From the NCBI GenBank assembly GCA_038890815.1, contig JAWAFC010000002.1, positions 41,067 to 105,066 on the forward strand: DNA of 64,000 nt. The letters run 5' to 3'. A program made the translations under genes and the position numbers. This document shows positions 16,363 to 24,636 of the stretch, piece by piece. Every line of letters begins with the position of its first letter. Position 1 is the first letter of the stretch. This DNA comes from Candidatus Micrarchaeia archaeon (GTDB lineage: Archaea; Micrarchaeota; Micrarchaeia; Burarchaeales; JACRGF01). Under the pieces are notes generated by a model, which saw only the letters and a program-made list of their open reading frames with translations, was not told where the DNA came from and did not search any database.

Positions 16363-19300
16363 TCAGCTCCTCCCCTCCAGCAGCGCTGCAATCTCCCTCG
16401 CTGCCTCGCTCATCGCGATGAGCACAAACCCCATATCCTCCTGCGGCTTTATCAATGTTATGAGGATGGCCATGCGACCGGCTGCGAGCAACACGAGCCG
16501 GCCCTCTTTCGTGGCGATGATGACATCTTTGACCGCCCCGCGGTGCAGCTCGCTCGAGACCATCTCGGACTTCGCCGCAATGCGGGCCGCCATGGCTGCT
16601 ATGCTCTCGGCATTCATCTCTAGCGGCAGCGTGCTGGCTATCATGAGCCCATCTCGCCGCACCACGGCCGCGGCCTCAATCTTCTGCGAGGCCACGAGCC
16701 GCTGCAGTATGACCTCGAACTGGAACTTTGAGACGGGTGCGGGCCTGAGGCGCACGAGCGCGTTGTTTTCTATGACAAAGCTTTCGGCCGGGTGCTCGGC
16801 CAAATATCGCTCTATGGCCCACTTCCTCCATTTTTCGGGCACGGCCACCAGCATCGACTCAGTGACGGTATCCTGTCTGCGCAACAGGGAGGCGATGTGC
16901 GCGCTCCAGGCAGGCCAGTTGGACAGCATGGCGAGCTTTTCGCGCAGGCTCGCCAGCGCGCCCTCGGCGGCCGACAGCGCGGCCTCTATCTGCTCGCGCA
17001 CGCCTTCGACGCTGTCGAGGGCAGACAGAGCTGCGCGCAGGCGCTCCAGGTCGATGGCATACAACGTCTCGTGCTCGATGCCTACATCAATGCCTTCGGC
17101 AAGACACCTGTTGATCAGCCCATCGGCTTCCTTCAATGTCTGCTCGAGCGAGGCCAGCCTGCCCTGTAGCGCCTCAAATGCCTCAAGTCTTTCGGCCATG
17201 CCCTTCTCGAGCGCTGTGGCCCTCTCGACAGCGGCGTCTATGTCTTTCGCGACCGGTTCACGCGCCTTGAGCGCGGCGCGCAACCTCTCAAGGTTGATCG
17301 ACCTCGCGGCTGTTTCCTCCCGCCATGCGCTGAGACCGACTTTTTTTGCTTTGGCGATCATTTCCTCTACGCGGCTCAGCGCTGCAGCCGCCAGCGCGAT
17401 GCGGTCGGCCTGATTGCGAAAATCTTCAATGACATCGCCGATGTGCGCCTCCAGCCTCTCAAAGGAATTCTCTGTGGCCGTCAGCAGCTCATCGGCGGCC
17501 GCGAACTTCCCGGCCCTGAATAGCTCGCGCACGCGGGCCATCGCGCCCTCCAGATCGAGCGCGCCGACTTCCTTCGCCTCTGCGCTCAGGTCTAACCCAA
17601 GCTTTGCTCCCTGCGCGAGCATGTGTTGGATCACATCGATGCGCTTGGCCAGAATGTCGCGCCTTTCGGTGAGGCCCCTGAAGGCCTCGAGCTTGTCACG
17701 CAAGAGAGGTTTGACCTTGTCATAGCGCGAGGCCTCGGCCTCGAGCGACTTCGCCGCTTCATCGAATGCCCTGCGGCCGGCGGCATCGATGATGTCGGGC
17801 AGCGCGGCCTCTATTTCCGACAGCGTCCTTTCCTCGGCAGTCGTATCCAACCAGCCGCGCGCGGGCTCCAGCTCCTTCCTATCGCCCTCAATGGCCCTGT
17901 GCAGCGCCTCGGCCTTCTCCCGGATCTTGGCGGCCACATCGGACTTGCAATAGCCGCACACATCGCTCACCACGCTTATTGAGCGGCCACATTCCGGGCA
18001 CCGGAATGTCCTGCCCAGCAAGAGCTTGCGCTCCTCGCCTTTCTTCGTCGCAGCCTGGGCGAGCGAGGTCAGCTCGGCCAGCTTTTGGCTGAGGATGGTT
18101 TCGGCTTTGGCCAGCTCATCGGCGCTCCACGCTCTCTTCGCCTCCTCCAGCGCAGCGCTGGCTGGCGAGGCCGTGAGAGCCTTTTGTTCCTCCCTTATGT
18201 CAGCTCCGATTTTTTCTGCCACCTCAAGCGCCGAGCGCGCGGCCGTCTCGGCCTTCTGCACTTTCTCGGCAAGGCCTAACAGCCTCTCCTGCGCGGCCAG
18301 CTTTGCTTCAAGTGCGGCCTTCGCCCTGTCGACCGCGCTGCGCGCCCTTTGCAATTCTATGTTGGCCTGGGCGAGGTTGGCAGCTCTGCAGGCCGCCTCG
18401 CAGGCATCGAGAATGGCGAGCGCGCCACGCGCGGCCTTCTCTTCGGCATCGAACACAAAGCCCTGCCGGCGCGGCTCACGTGTACGCTCGAGCAGCAGCT
18501 CGAGCGACTCGCGCGCGCTCTTGGCCGCCTCGAGGATCTGCGCTTCGTACATGACGGCGCGCACGCCAGTCGGCAGAGGCTTCTCGTAATACCGCGGGCC
18601 CAGCACCGCGCCCTTACAGAAGTCCGCAATCAGGAAGTATAGGGAGAGGAGGCCCAGAAAGATGGAGAACGAGCCAGTGGTTTTGATTAGATCGGCGTTC
18701 AGCGCTTGTAGGAGATCGCTCTCGGCCGTGAGAGGTTGCGGGGGAGGAGCAGTGAGGTAGATGGCCGCAAGCCCGAGGATGGTGAGGCTCATTCCGATTG
18801 CCAGGTAGGCGCCTCTCTGCGTGCCCCCGTGGCCCGCAAATGCATAGATGGCCTCCTTGATGTCCTTTCTGGTGCGCACGGCATTCACGAGAGCGAGGAT
18901 GAACGAAATTCCGCTCCACACTAGCCACAGCGCGACAAGCATGGCTGCGGCAACGATGCCTATGGCCACATGGAAGTTGGAGAGCGAGATGAGGGAGGAC
19001 AGCATGCCCGAGTAAATCCCCTTGACGAGGATGAGCAGGGGCGAGGCCATGGGCTCAAGGCGCGTGAGCGAGAGCTGGGGTTTGCTGAGCCCTTGCGCCC
19101 ACGCCAGCCAGCCTTCGGCTGGCTCGCGGACATCCCTGATGAGGTATACGATTTCGCTCTCGCCCGCCCGCCCCCCGATGTTGCTTTGCCTCCAGCTGAC
19201 AACGAAAGGTGGGCGTGCCGAGATGCCGGTGTAATTCATTCCAAACTCGATTTGGGATAGCTCGGATGCCAAGGGCACGGTTTCGATGAGTGTGAGGTCG

Positions 19301-20130
19301 GAGAATGCCGAGCCTTCGGACATGGAGAGGGTCAGGCGCACGAGCACTGTGTAGCGCTCTGGGGGCTTTGGTGCGCGAGGGGGTGCAGCTTCTGCCGTCC
19401 GGATGCTCGCGATGAATGTCCTCCTGGCATCCTCGAGCAGGTTGAGGCCGATCGGAACCGGCGCGCATACCCCGAGCGCGCTCAGCGAATTGGTCGAGAT
19501 GCCAGCGGCCGAGGCTCTGGCGCGCTCGAAATCGCCCGCTATCCTGTTAAGCTCGCCGAGCGAGGGGCTCGTCTGCACCGTCCTCAGGTCGGCATACAGC
19601 GCGCTCAGAGCCTCATCGAGCCCATGTGAGGCGCGCGAGAACTCGAGCACCGCATGGACGAGCGCATCGCCATAGAGCGCGAGCTTTGCCGCGCACTCTG
19701 GTGATGCGGCGCAGGCCGCCCTGCAGGCCGCGCGGTCCGCACAGGGTGTCTGCACGCCGGCCGCTTTTCGGCAGGCCATCTCGGCAGGCCCGTCCGGCGT
19801 TTGGGAAAAGCGCGAGGCATTGAATGCCGTGAGCAGGCGGTGCGTCTCGGCGAGCTTTGCAGGGTCGAGGAGAAATGACTCGGTGAAGTTGAACCCCTCT
19901 TCCCGCGCCTCAATGACGCCCGATACGAGCACCTGCCTGCTCAGGCTCATCTGCGGTGTGATGTTGTAGGGCTCGAAAAAAAATGAAAACCAGTCCGGCG
20001 CGCCATCCCCGTCGGCATCGCCGCTTGTCCAGTTGGCCAGCACTTCCCGCTCGGGCGCGATGAGCTCACGCCTCTCGAGGCAGCCTGCGAGAAACACGAG
20101 CAGCACGACGAGCGCGAGTTTTTTGCGCAT
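16363..20130 (-). CDS. Large (1255 aa) membrane protein. It has an N-terminal lipoprotein-like signal, an extracellular domain, ~4 TM helices, ~500 aa of coiled coil with an embedded zinc ribbon, and a C-terminal Roadblock/LC7 domain.
   Basis: N-terminus MRKKLALVVLLVFLAGC. TM segments sit around residues 395-520. Long heptad-like Ala/Glu/Lys/Leu-rich segments follow. The zinc ribbon is CPECGRSISVVSDVCGYC. The C-terminus ...AAVVRRDGLMIASTLPLEMNAESIAAMAARIAAKSEMVSSEL...RLVLLAAGRMAILITLIKPQEDMGFVLIAMSEAAREIAALLEG matches the Roadblock/LC7 fold pattern. Confidence 0.65.
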   Translation of the reverse strand: MRKKLALVVLLVFLAGCLERRELIAPEREVLANWTSGDADGDGAPDWFSFFFEPYNITPQMSLSRQVLVSGVIEAREEGFNFTESFLLDPAKLAETHRLLTAFNASRFSQTPDGPAEMACRKAAGVQTPCADRAACRAACAASPECAAKLALYGDALVHAVLEFSRASHGLDEALSALYADLRTVQTSPSLGELNRIAGDFERARASAAGISTNSLSALGVCAPVPIGLNLLEDARRTFIASIRTAEAAPPRAPKPPERYTVLVRLTLSMSEGSAFSDLTLIETVPLASELSQIEFGMNYTGISARPPFVVSWRQSNIGGRAGESEIVYLIRDVREPAEGWLAWAQGLSKPQLSLTRLEPMASPLLILVKGIYSGMLSSLISLSNFHVAIGIVAAAMLVALWLVWSGISFILALVNAVRTRKDIKEAIYAFAGHGGTQRGAYLAIGMSLTILGLAAIYLTAPPPQPLTAESDLLQALNADLIKTTGSFSIFLGLLSLYFLIADFCKGAVLGPRYYEKPLPTGVRAVMYEAQILEAAKSARESLELLLERTREPRRQGFVFDAEEKAARGALAILDACEAACRAANLAQANIELQRARSAVDRAKAALEAKLAAQERLLGLAEKVQKAETAARSALEVAEKIGADIREEQKALTASPASAALEEAKRAWSADELAKAETILSQKLAELTSLAQAATKKGEERKLLLGRTFRCPECGRSISVVSDVCGYCKSDVAAKIREKAEALHRAIEGDRKELEPARGWLDTTAEERTLSEIEAALPDIIDAAGRRAFDEAAKSLEAEASRYDKVKPLLRDKLEAFRGLTERRDILAKRIDVIQHMLAQGAKLGLDLSAEAKEVGALDLEGAMARVRELFRAGKFAAADELLTATENSFERLEAHIGDVIEDFRNQADRIALAAAALSRVEEMIAKAKKVGLSAWREETAARSINLERLRAALKAREPVAKDIDAAVERATALEKGMAERLEAFEALQGRLASLEQTLKEADGLINRCLAEGIDVGIEHETLYAIDLERLRAALSALDSVEGVREQIEAALSAAEGALASLREKLAMLSNWPAWSAHIASLLRRQDTVTESMLVAVPEKWRKWAIERYLAEHPAESFVIENNALVRLRPAPVSKFQFEVILQRLVASQKIEAAAVVRRDGLMIASTLPLEMNAESIAAMAARIAAKSEMVSSELHRGAVKDVIIATKEGRLVLLAAGRMAILITLIKPQEDMGFVLIAMSEAAREIAALLEGRS

Positions 20131-20180
20131 CGTTCCCTAATCGGATTCTGATTTTAAATACTGTCGGAGATTAGTTTTGC

Positions 20181-20290
20181 GCGGGGGTGCCGGAGCCTGG
20201 TCAATCGGGCAGGCCTTAGGATTCGATGGCTGAAGGATGAGAAAGCCTGTGCGCTTAGGCGCTGCAAGAGTTCAAATCTCTTCCCCCGCA
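20181..20290 (+). tRNA. tRNA-Leu (UAG) with ~23-nt intron at 37/38 and long variable arm
   Basis: Acceptor GCGGGGG/CCCCCGC+A; anticodon stem CAGGC/GCCUG with loop CUUAGG[intron]A; variable arm UGCGCUUAGGCGCUGCA; T arm AAGAG-UUCAAAU-CUCUU. No CCA. Confidence 0.75.
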
Positions 20291-20295
20291 CTCCT

Positions 20296-20448
20296 TCACT
20301 TCTTTGCGCGGATTTCCCTTCGCTTCGGGCGAAGCCAGCGATAGCCACACTTGCGGCACTTCTCCGCGCCACGCTTGTTGCGCGCCTTGCACTTCCTACA
20401 AATCCAGATCTGAGCGAGAAAGGCATCCGCGAGAGCGTGCTTGCCCAT
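20296..20448 (-). CDS. rpl40e: 50S ribosomal protein L40e
   Basis: The 50-aa product MGKHALADAFLAQIWICRKCKARNKRGAEKCRKCGYRWLRPKRREIRAKK carries the L40e zinc-ribbon signature C-x2-C...AEKCRKCGY..LRPK. The longer track ORFs here are N-terminal over-extensions. Confidence 0.8.
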   Translation of the reverse strand: MGKHALADAFLAQIWICRKCKARNKRGAEKCRKCGYRWLRPKRREIRAKK

Positions 20449-20493
20449 AACATCACAAGCAAAAGAATTAAGCCAAATAAGTTTTATAACACT

Positions 20494-20583
20494 GCCCCAG
20501 TAGCTCAGCGGTAGAACGGCGTTCCGCCAGAGAGCGCTCGCCTTGTAAGCGAGATGTCGGGAGTTCAAATCTCCCCTGGGGCT
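20494..20583 (+). tRNA. tRNA-Thr (UGU) with a ~16-nt non-canonical intron in the D-loop/D-stem junction
   Basis: Acceptor GCCCCAG/CUGGGGC+U; anticodon arm CUCGC-CUUGUAA-GCGAG; T arm GGGAG-UUCAAAU-CUCCC. About 16 extra nt (ACGGCGUUCCGCCAGA, containing the GGCG-UUC-CGCC hairpin) sit between D-loop and D-stem 3' strand. A TATA-like gttttataac lies at 20481-20490. Confidence 0.65.
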
Positions 20584-20877
20584 TACAGCCCGATCAGCCT
20601 GCTCGCAGGCCTGAACAGCTTTATGTACGTCGCGAGAGCAAACAAGCTCAATGCGAGGATGAGGATGAGCACATCGATGGCTTTTCCGGCTATTCCACGC
20701 CTCTGCAGGGCAAACCGCGCGCCTATGGAAACGTGGAGAAGGAAGGTGGCGAGGAGCGGGAGGTCAATGCTCGTGTGAATTTCGAGCGAGAGCTTTGGGT
20801 CGATGACCGCTCTCGTCATGCCATAGCCCGTTGCAAAGTAGGCGAGGACGAAGAGCAGCAGCATCCAGCCGCTCATC
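20583..20877 (-). CDS. Small (98 aa) membrane protein, hypothetical
   Basis: Start at MSGWMLLLFVLAYFATGYG, with TTTTAAAG ~20 nt upstream on the minus strand and three hydrophobic segments. The track ORF N-terminal extension is rejected. Confidence 0.4.
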
Positions 20878-20906
20878 CTCTGAAGCTTTAAAAGAACGGC
20901 GCACAC

Positions 20907-21638
20907 ATGCATTTCATGGCGGGCGAGGTTAAAAAAATGGATTGGTTTCTTCCCGCAACGCTCGCCTTTCTCGCAATACTGGCCGCCTACTTCCTGCCCA
21001 CCCTTCTGCCCAGGCCCTTCCTGCCGGCAAAGCACTATGCTGCTGCTCAGCTCATCGAGCTTCCTCGGCCAGCGCGTTCAAACATCTCGTTTGAGGATGC
21101 TCTGCTGGCTCGCAGGTCTGTGCGCGACTACACGGATGAGAGCATTTCGCCCAGCGAGCTGGCCGCGCTGCTGTTTGCCGCACAGGGAATGAGTGGGGAG
21201 GGCAAAAGGACAGCGCCATCTGCCGGAGCGCTCTATCCGCTCGAGCTGTATGTGCTCGTTTCGCGCGTGGAGGGCATTGCGCCAGGCGCCTATCATTATA
21301 ACAGCGCGAATAACTCGCTCGAGCTGGTCGCAGCCGGAGACTACAGGGAGAGAATTGCCCGCGCAGCAGCCGACCAGCCTTGGGTGGGAAACGCTGCAGT
21401 GGTGGTGGTGTTTGCAGCGCTCATGCACAGAACAACGGCAAAATACGGCGCGAGGGGCGTGCAGTATGTGTGGATTGAGGCGGGCCATGCCAGCCAGAAC
21501 CTCCTGCTCCAGGCCGCCGCCCTGGGGCTCGGCGCGGTGCCCATCGGGGCATTCAATGAGGATGAGGTGAGGCACCTGCTCAACCTGAGCGCGGACGAGG
21601 AGGTCATCTATCTCAACATCGTGGGCAGACCCGCATAG
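20907..21638 (+). CDS. Nitroreductase-family (SagB-type dehydrogenase-like) protein with N-terminal TM segment
   Basis: 243 aa. RSVRDYTDE, ALYPLELYV and GHASQNLLLQAAALGLGAVPIGAF match nitroreductase-fold blocks. Confidence 0.6.
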   Translation: MHFMAGEVKKMDWFLPATLAFLAILAAYFLPTLLPRPFLPAKHYAAAQLIELPRPARSNISFEDALLARRSVRDYTDESISPSELAALLFAAQGMSGEGKRTAPSAGALYPLELYVLVSRVEGIAPGAYHYNSANNSLELVAAGDYRERIARAAADQPWVGNAAVVVVFAALMHRTTAKYGARGVQYVWIEAGHASQNLLLQAAALGLGAVPIGAFNEDEVRHLLNLSADEEVIYLNIVGRPA

Positions 21639-21669
21639 ATTTAAAAATATATAAGATGAATAAGGGGCG

Positions 21670-21870
21670 ATGGTGAGGGTAAACCTGCTCACATATTTGG
21701 TCATCTTCACTTTCGTCATACTGGTCTATCTGATAGGGCTGTATGTAACGACACCACCCACAGAGCTCGGCGTGCTCCAGCTGATCTTCGGAGCTCAGCT
21801 GGCCATATTCATCGTGCTCGTGGCCGTCTTCGCCGAGCTCTCGGCGCACGAACCCGCAAGGAAAAAGTGA
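21670..21870 (+). CDS. Small (66 aa) two-helix membrane protein, hypothetical
   Basis: Strongly hydrophobic. It lies immediately upstream (4-nt gap) of the acetyltransferase gene. Confidence 0.35.
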   Translation: MVRVNLLTYLVIFTFVILVYLIGLYVTTPPTELGVLQLIFGAQLAIFIVLVAVFAELSAHEPARKK

Positions 21871-21874
21871 CCTC

Positions 21875-22378
21875 ATGCGGCGGCTCGAGCGCTTTGCCTC
21901 CGTCAGCAGGAACTCGCTGTGGGACTGGCCAAAAGTCAAAAATCCGCTCATTGTCGTGCTGAACTTCCTTGTCATACAGATATGCAAGTATCTGCCTTCT
22001 CTCGCTCTCAAAAATATGCTTTACAGGGCAATTGGCGTGCGCGTCGGCAAAAACGCCGCGCTCGGGCTTGGGGTACAACTTGACATCTTCTTCCCAGAGC
22101 TCATCGAGATAGGCGACAACGCCATCATAGGTTATAATGCTACCTTGCTGGCACACGAGTTTTTGGTTGACGAGTTCAGAGTGGGACGAGTAAAAATAGG
22201 TGCGGGCGCGCTCATCGGAGCATGCTCGGTGGTGCTGCCCGGTGTGGAAGTGGGCGAGGGCGCTGTTGTAAGTGCACTGTCGCTCGTAAACAAAGATGTT
22301 CCAAGAGGATGGTTTTGTGGGGGGGTGCCGATAAGGAAAATAAAGAAGTTGACAATTAATAAGCAATTACAATCTTGA
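21875..22378 (+). CDS. Hexapeptide-repeat (left-handed beta-helix) acetyltransferase
   Basis: 167 aa with tandem [LIV]-G-x-x-x-x hexapeptides (IGDNAIIGYNATLLAHE, IGAGALIGACSVVLPGVEVGEGAVV), typical of maltose/galactoside O-acetyltransferase-like enzymes. Confidence 0.65.
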   Translation: MRRLERFASVSRNSLWDWPKVKNPLIVVLNFLVIQICKYLPSLALKNMLYRAIGVRVGKNAALGLGVQLDIFFPELIEIGDNAIIGYNATLLAHEFLVDEFRVGRVKIGAGALIGACSVVLPGVEVGEGAVVSALSLVNKDVPRGWFCGGVPIRKIKKLTINKQLQS

Positions 22379-22417
22379 GAAAAATTATTGCAAAATTAAA
22401 TTTCAAGCTTTTATAGA

Positions 22418-22675
22418 CTAATATTCGGATATTTCAGTTATCACATAAGCGCTTCCTTTTATTCTGCCTTTTTTAAACTTGAATTTTGCATTTTCAGCAG
22501 GTGTTCCTCGCGCAAGCTCGGTGAGCCAGTATTTTAGGTCTTTGACTTGCATGGGAAAAGCTTCACCAATTGCTATTTCAGCTGTCCTTATCGTCCTGAC
22601 TCCTTGCTCACTCGCCTCCTCGAGCAGTTTCGCCAAAATCTCTTTAACAATGTTAAGTTCTTCCATCCCGCTCAC
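22418..22675 (-). CDS. Hypothetical protein (85 aa) in a low-GC patch
   Basis: Coding-like, no recognised motif, convergent with the acetyltransferase. Oligo-T tracts between them act as terminators. Confidence 0.4.
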   Translation of the reverse strand: MSGMEELNIVKEILAKLLEEASEQGVRTIRTAEIAIGEAFPMQVKDLKYWLTELARGTPAENAKFKFKKGRIKGSAYVITEISEY

Positions 22676-22711
22676 TGGGCGAATAGGTTTTAAGGAGGAT
22701 TTAAAATACTT

Positions 22712-23530
22712 TCACTTGCCACGTCCGAACCTTCCTCTTGGTTTGGGCAACTTTAGGTTCGGATAGATTTTTTGGAGGATTTCTGGGGTTGGAAAAACAG
22801 CGTAACCTAGATTGGAGAGCACGAAGCGCATTGTGCCCGCCCTCATGATGATATCGGAATCTCCAACGCCAGACAGCGCTTGTGCAAGCGCTGCAAAACC
22901 CTTCCTTTTTCCAGCAGTGAGCGCATTGGCCTTTCCTTGCACCTCGCTGGAGATCCCCAAAAACTCAAACCCTTTCCTCTGGGCGCTTTCGGCCACGCTG
23001 GCAAAGGCCGCCGCCTTTTCCTCCGGCCTAGTTCTGGCATCAAAGCTCGTCTTCTTTATGCTTATCCATCCTCTGTAGTTGGCCGTAAAGAAGACGCCTT
23101 CACCCAGATCGACCTCCCATTTCAGAGAGGGAAACTGTGCCGCCGGAAAAGCCGACTTGACAAGTGAGGGAGTGAGGCTCACCTCCACGCCCGCATATTC
23201 AAAGAGTTTTTTGAGAAAGCGTGCCTCGCAGGCCGGAAATTTTTCTTCCCCGCTGGCACGGGAGAGGGCTTCTCTTACCTCAGAGGGCCGGATTTCCTTT
23301 AGAGTGGCCACCACCCCTTCCAGCCCTCTCTTTGCGCCGAGTACTCTATTAGCGTAATCGTCGATTTCAGCCAGATTGATTCCGACAAACTCGAATGCCT
23401 TTTCGGCACACTCGGCGCACACAGTTGCGAGGAAAAGCGCAACGTCCTCATTCTTGGCGGCTGTTTCGATGCGGAAGTTCGCTTTCCAGTCTCCTGCCTT
23501 GGCCTGGAATGCGATCTCGTCCATCGTCAA
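22712..23530 (-). CDS. Hypothetical protein (272 aa), translationally coupled to the upstream wHTH gene
   Basis: No recognised motif. The ATGA overlap with the upstream gene suggests an operon. GC is lower than the surroundings. Confidence 0.45.
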   Translation of the reverse strand: MTMDEIAFQAKAGDWKANFRIETAAKNEDVALFLATVCAECAEKAFEFVGINLAEIDDYANRVLGAKRGLEGVVATLKEIRPSEVREALSRASGEEKFPACEARFLKKLFEYAGVEVSLTPSLVKSAFPAAQFPSLKWEVDLGEGVFFTANYRGWISIKKTSFDARTRPEEKAAAFASVAESAQRKGFEFLGISSEVQGKANALTAGKRKGFAALAQALSGVGDSDIIMRAGTMRFVLSNLGYAVFPTPEILQKIYPNLKLPKPRGRFGRGK

Positions 23531-23772
23531 GCCTGCTTGAGGTAGTATCCCGCAGCCTTTTCTCTTGCCTTTCTCACTACAATGCCTTTCTGTACAAGGC
23601 TTGTCAAGGCATTGGACACTTGTCCCTTAGGACGGTTGCATTTCTTCTGCACATCGTCCGCGGTCTTCATCTTGTCCTCGCTCGTCGCTCCAAGCTCCTG
23701 GAGGGCCTTGACGATGATTTGTTCTATTGGTGTAAGTTCGGCCATGCTACCACCTTGCTCTGTTTTCCACAA
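23527..23772 (-). CDS. Small winged-HTH DNA-binding protein
   Basis: MAELTPIEQIIVKALQELGATSEDKMKTADDVQKKCNRPKGQVSNALTSLVQKGIVVRKAREKAAGYYL has a MarR/TrmB-like recognition helix plus wing. The alternative start at 23745 would give 72 aa. Confidence 0.55.
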   Translation of the reverse strand: MWKTEQGGSMAELTPIEQIIVKALQELGATSEDKMKTADDVQKKCNRPKGQVSNALTSLVQKGIVVRKAREKAAGYYLKQA

Positions 23773-23787
23773 ATTAGATTTTTATTA

Positions 23788-24486
23788 TTACCTTCCACAC
23801 CTGAGAATATCGATAAGCTCGCCCGGGAAGCCGGCATGGGCCATCTTCCTGCACACGATGTCGATGTCATATTTGATGCGCAGTATTCTCGCCACGCCGC
23901 TGTCCAGATCTATCAGCGCGGCGCTGGCCCTGTTGTCTCCGTCGCGTGGCTGGCCCACACTACCCGGATTGACCACAGTCCTTCCGTTGAGCGCGGTGGA
24001 ATTCACCAGCGGGCGATGGGTATGGCCAAAGAGGATGAATTCCGCATCTATGCCAGCAAGCTCTGCCGCCAGCGCTTTGTCGCTACCCTTCTCGATGGAC
24101 TGATAGAGCGGGTCGCGGGGTCCGCCGTGCACTGCATATAAGCTCCTGCCACCAATGCTCACCGCAAGCTTGAGCGGAAGGCTCCCGAGAAAATTGATCT
24201 CGGCAACATCCAGCATGCTGTGTGAGTAGCTGCGCGTTGCCTCGGCCAGACGCTCCAGTTTCTCTGAGGAGCACCTGCATGCCACGTTGTTGGCAAGTGC
24301 GTGATCGTGGTTGCCGCGGACAATGTAGCGCGTGCTCCGCCTTACCCACTCCACGCATTCCTTTGGATCCGGGCCGAAATCGACCAGGTCGCCGAGGCAG
24401 AGAACCTCATCGTAGCGCACGGTTGATGCAATGGCTTCGAGCGCTTCGTAGTTGCCGTGAATGTCGCTGATAACCAGGAGCTTCAT
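23788..24486 (-). CDS. Calcineurin-like metallophosphoesterase (YfcE/MJ0936-like)
   Basis: MKLLVISDIHGNYEAL...GDLVDFGPDP...RGNHD...GHTHRP form the classic metallophosphoesterase motif series. Confidence 0.75.
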   Translation of the reverse strand: MKLLVISDIHGNYEALEAIASTVRYDEVLCLGDLVDFGPDPKECVEWVRRSTRYIVRGNHDHALANNVACRCSSEKLERLAEATRSYSHSMLDVAEINFLGSLPLKLAVSIGGRSLYAVHGGPRDPLYQSIEKGSDKALAAELAGIDAEFILFGHTHRPLVNSTALNGRTVVNPGSVGQPRDGDNRASAALIDLDSGVARILRIKYDIDIVCRKMAHAGFPGELIDILRCGR

Positions 24487-24636
24487 GGGGAAAATTTCTG
24501 GAAAGCTAATAAAGTTTTTTCGGAAAATTGCTTCATGTTAACAAGGGCCGATGTGAACGCGCTGGTTTTCACAGCCACAATGGCTGCCTCCTTTTTGCTG
24601 TTCATCCTACTTCTGAGAGCGCTATTCGGCTAAGCC

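Noticed and set aside
15857-17413. 518-aa plus-strand ORF rich in Ser/Ala/Arg
   Set aside because: It starts inside the initiator tRNA-Met gene and runs antisense to the well-supported 1255-aa minus-strand gene. Its low-complexity composition is typical of antisense frames in GC-rich coding DNA.
18026-19913. Multiple 60-190-aa ORFs on both strands within 16.4-20.1 kb
   Set aside because: All are embedded in, or antisense to, the continuous 1255-aa reading frame. Their compositions (poly-Ser/Ala/Arg) fit GC-rich antisense artefacts.
20154-20568. 102-aa and 90-aa minus-strand ORFs overlapping tRNA-Leu
   Set aside because: Only the C-terminal 50 codons (20296-20448) correspond to ribosomal protein L40e. 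The upstream parts run through the tRNA-Leu gene.
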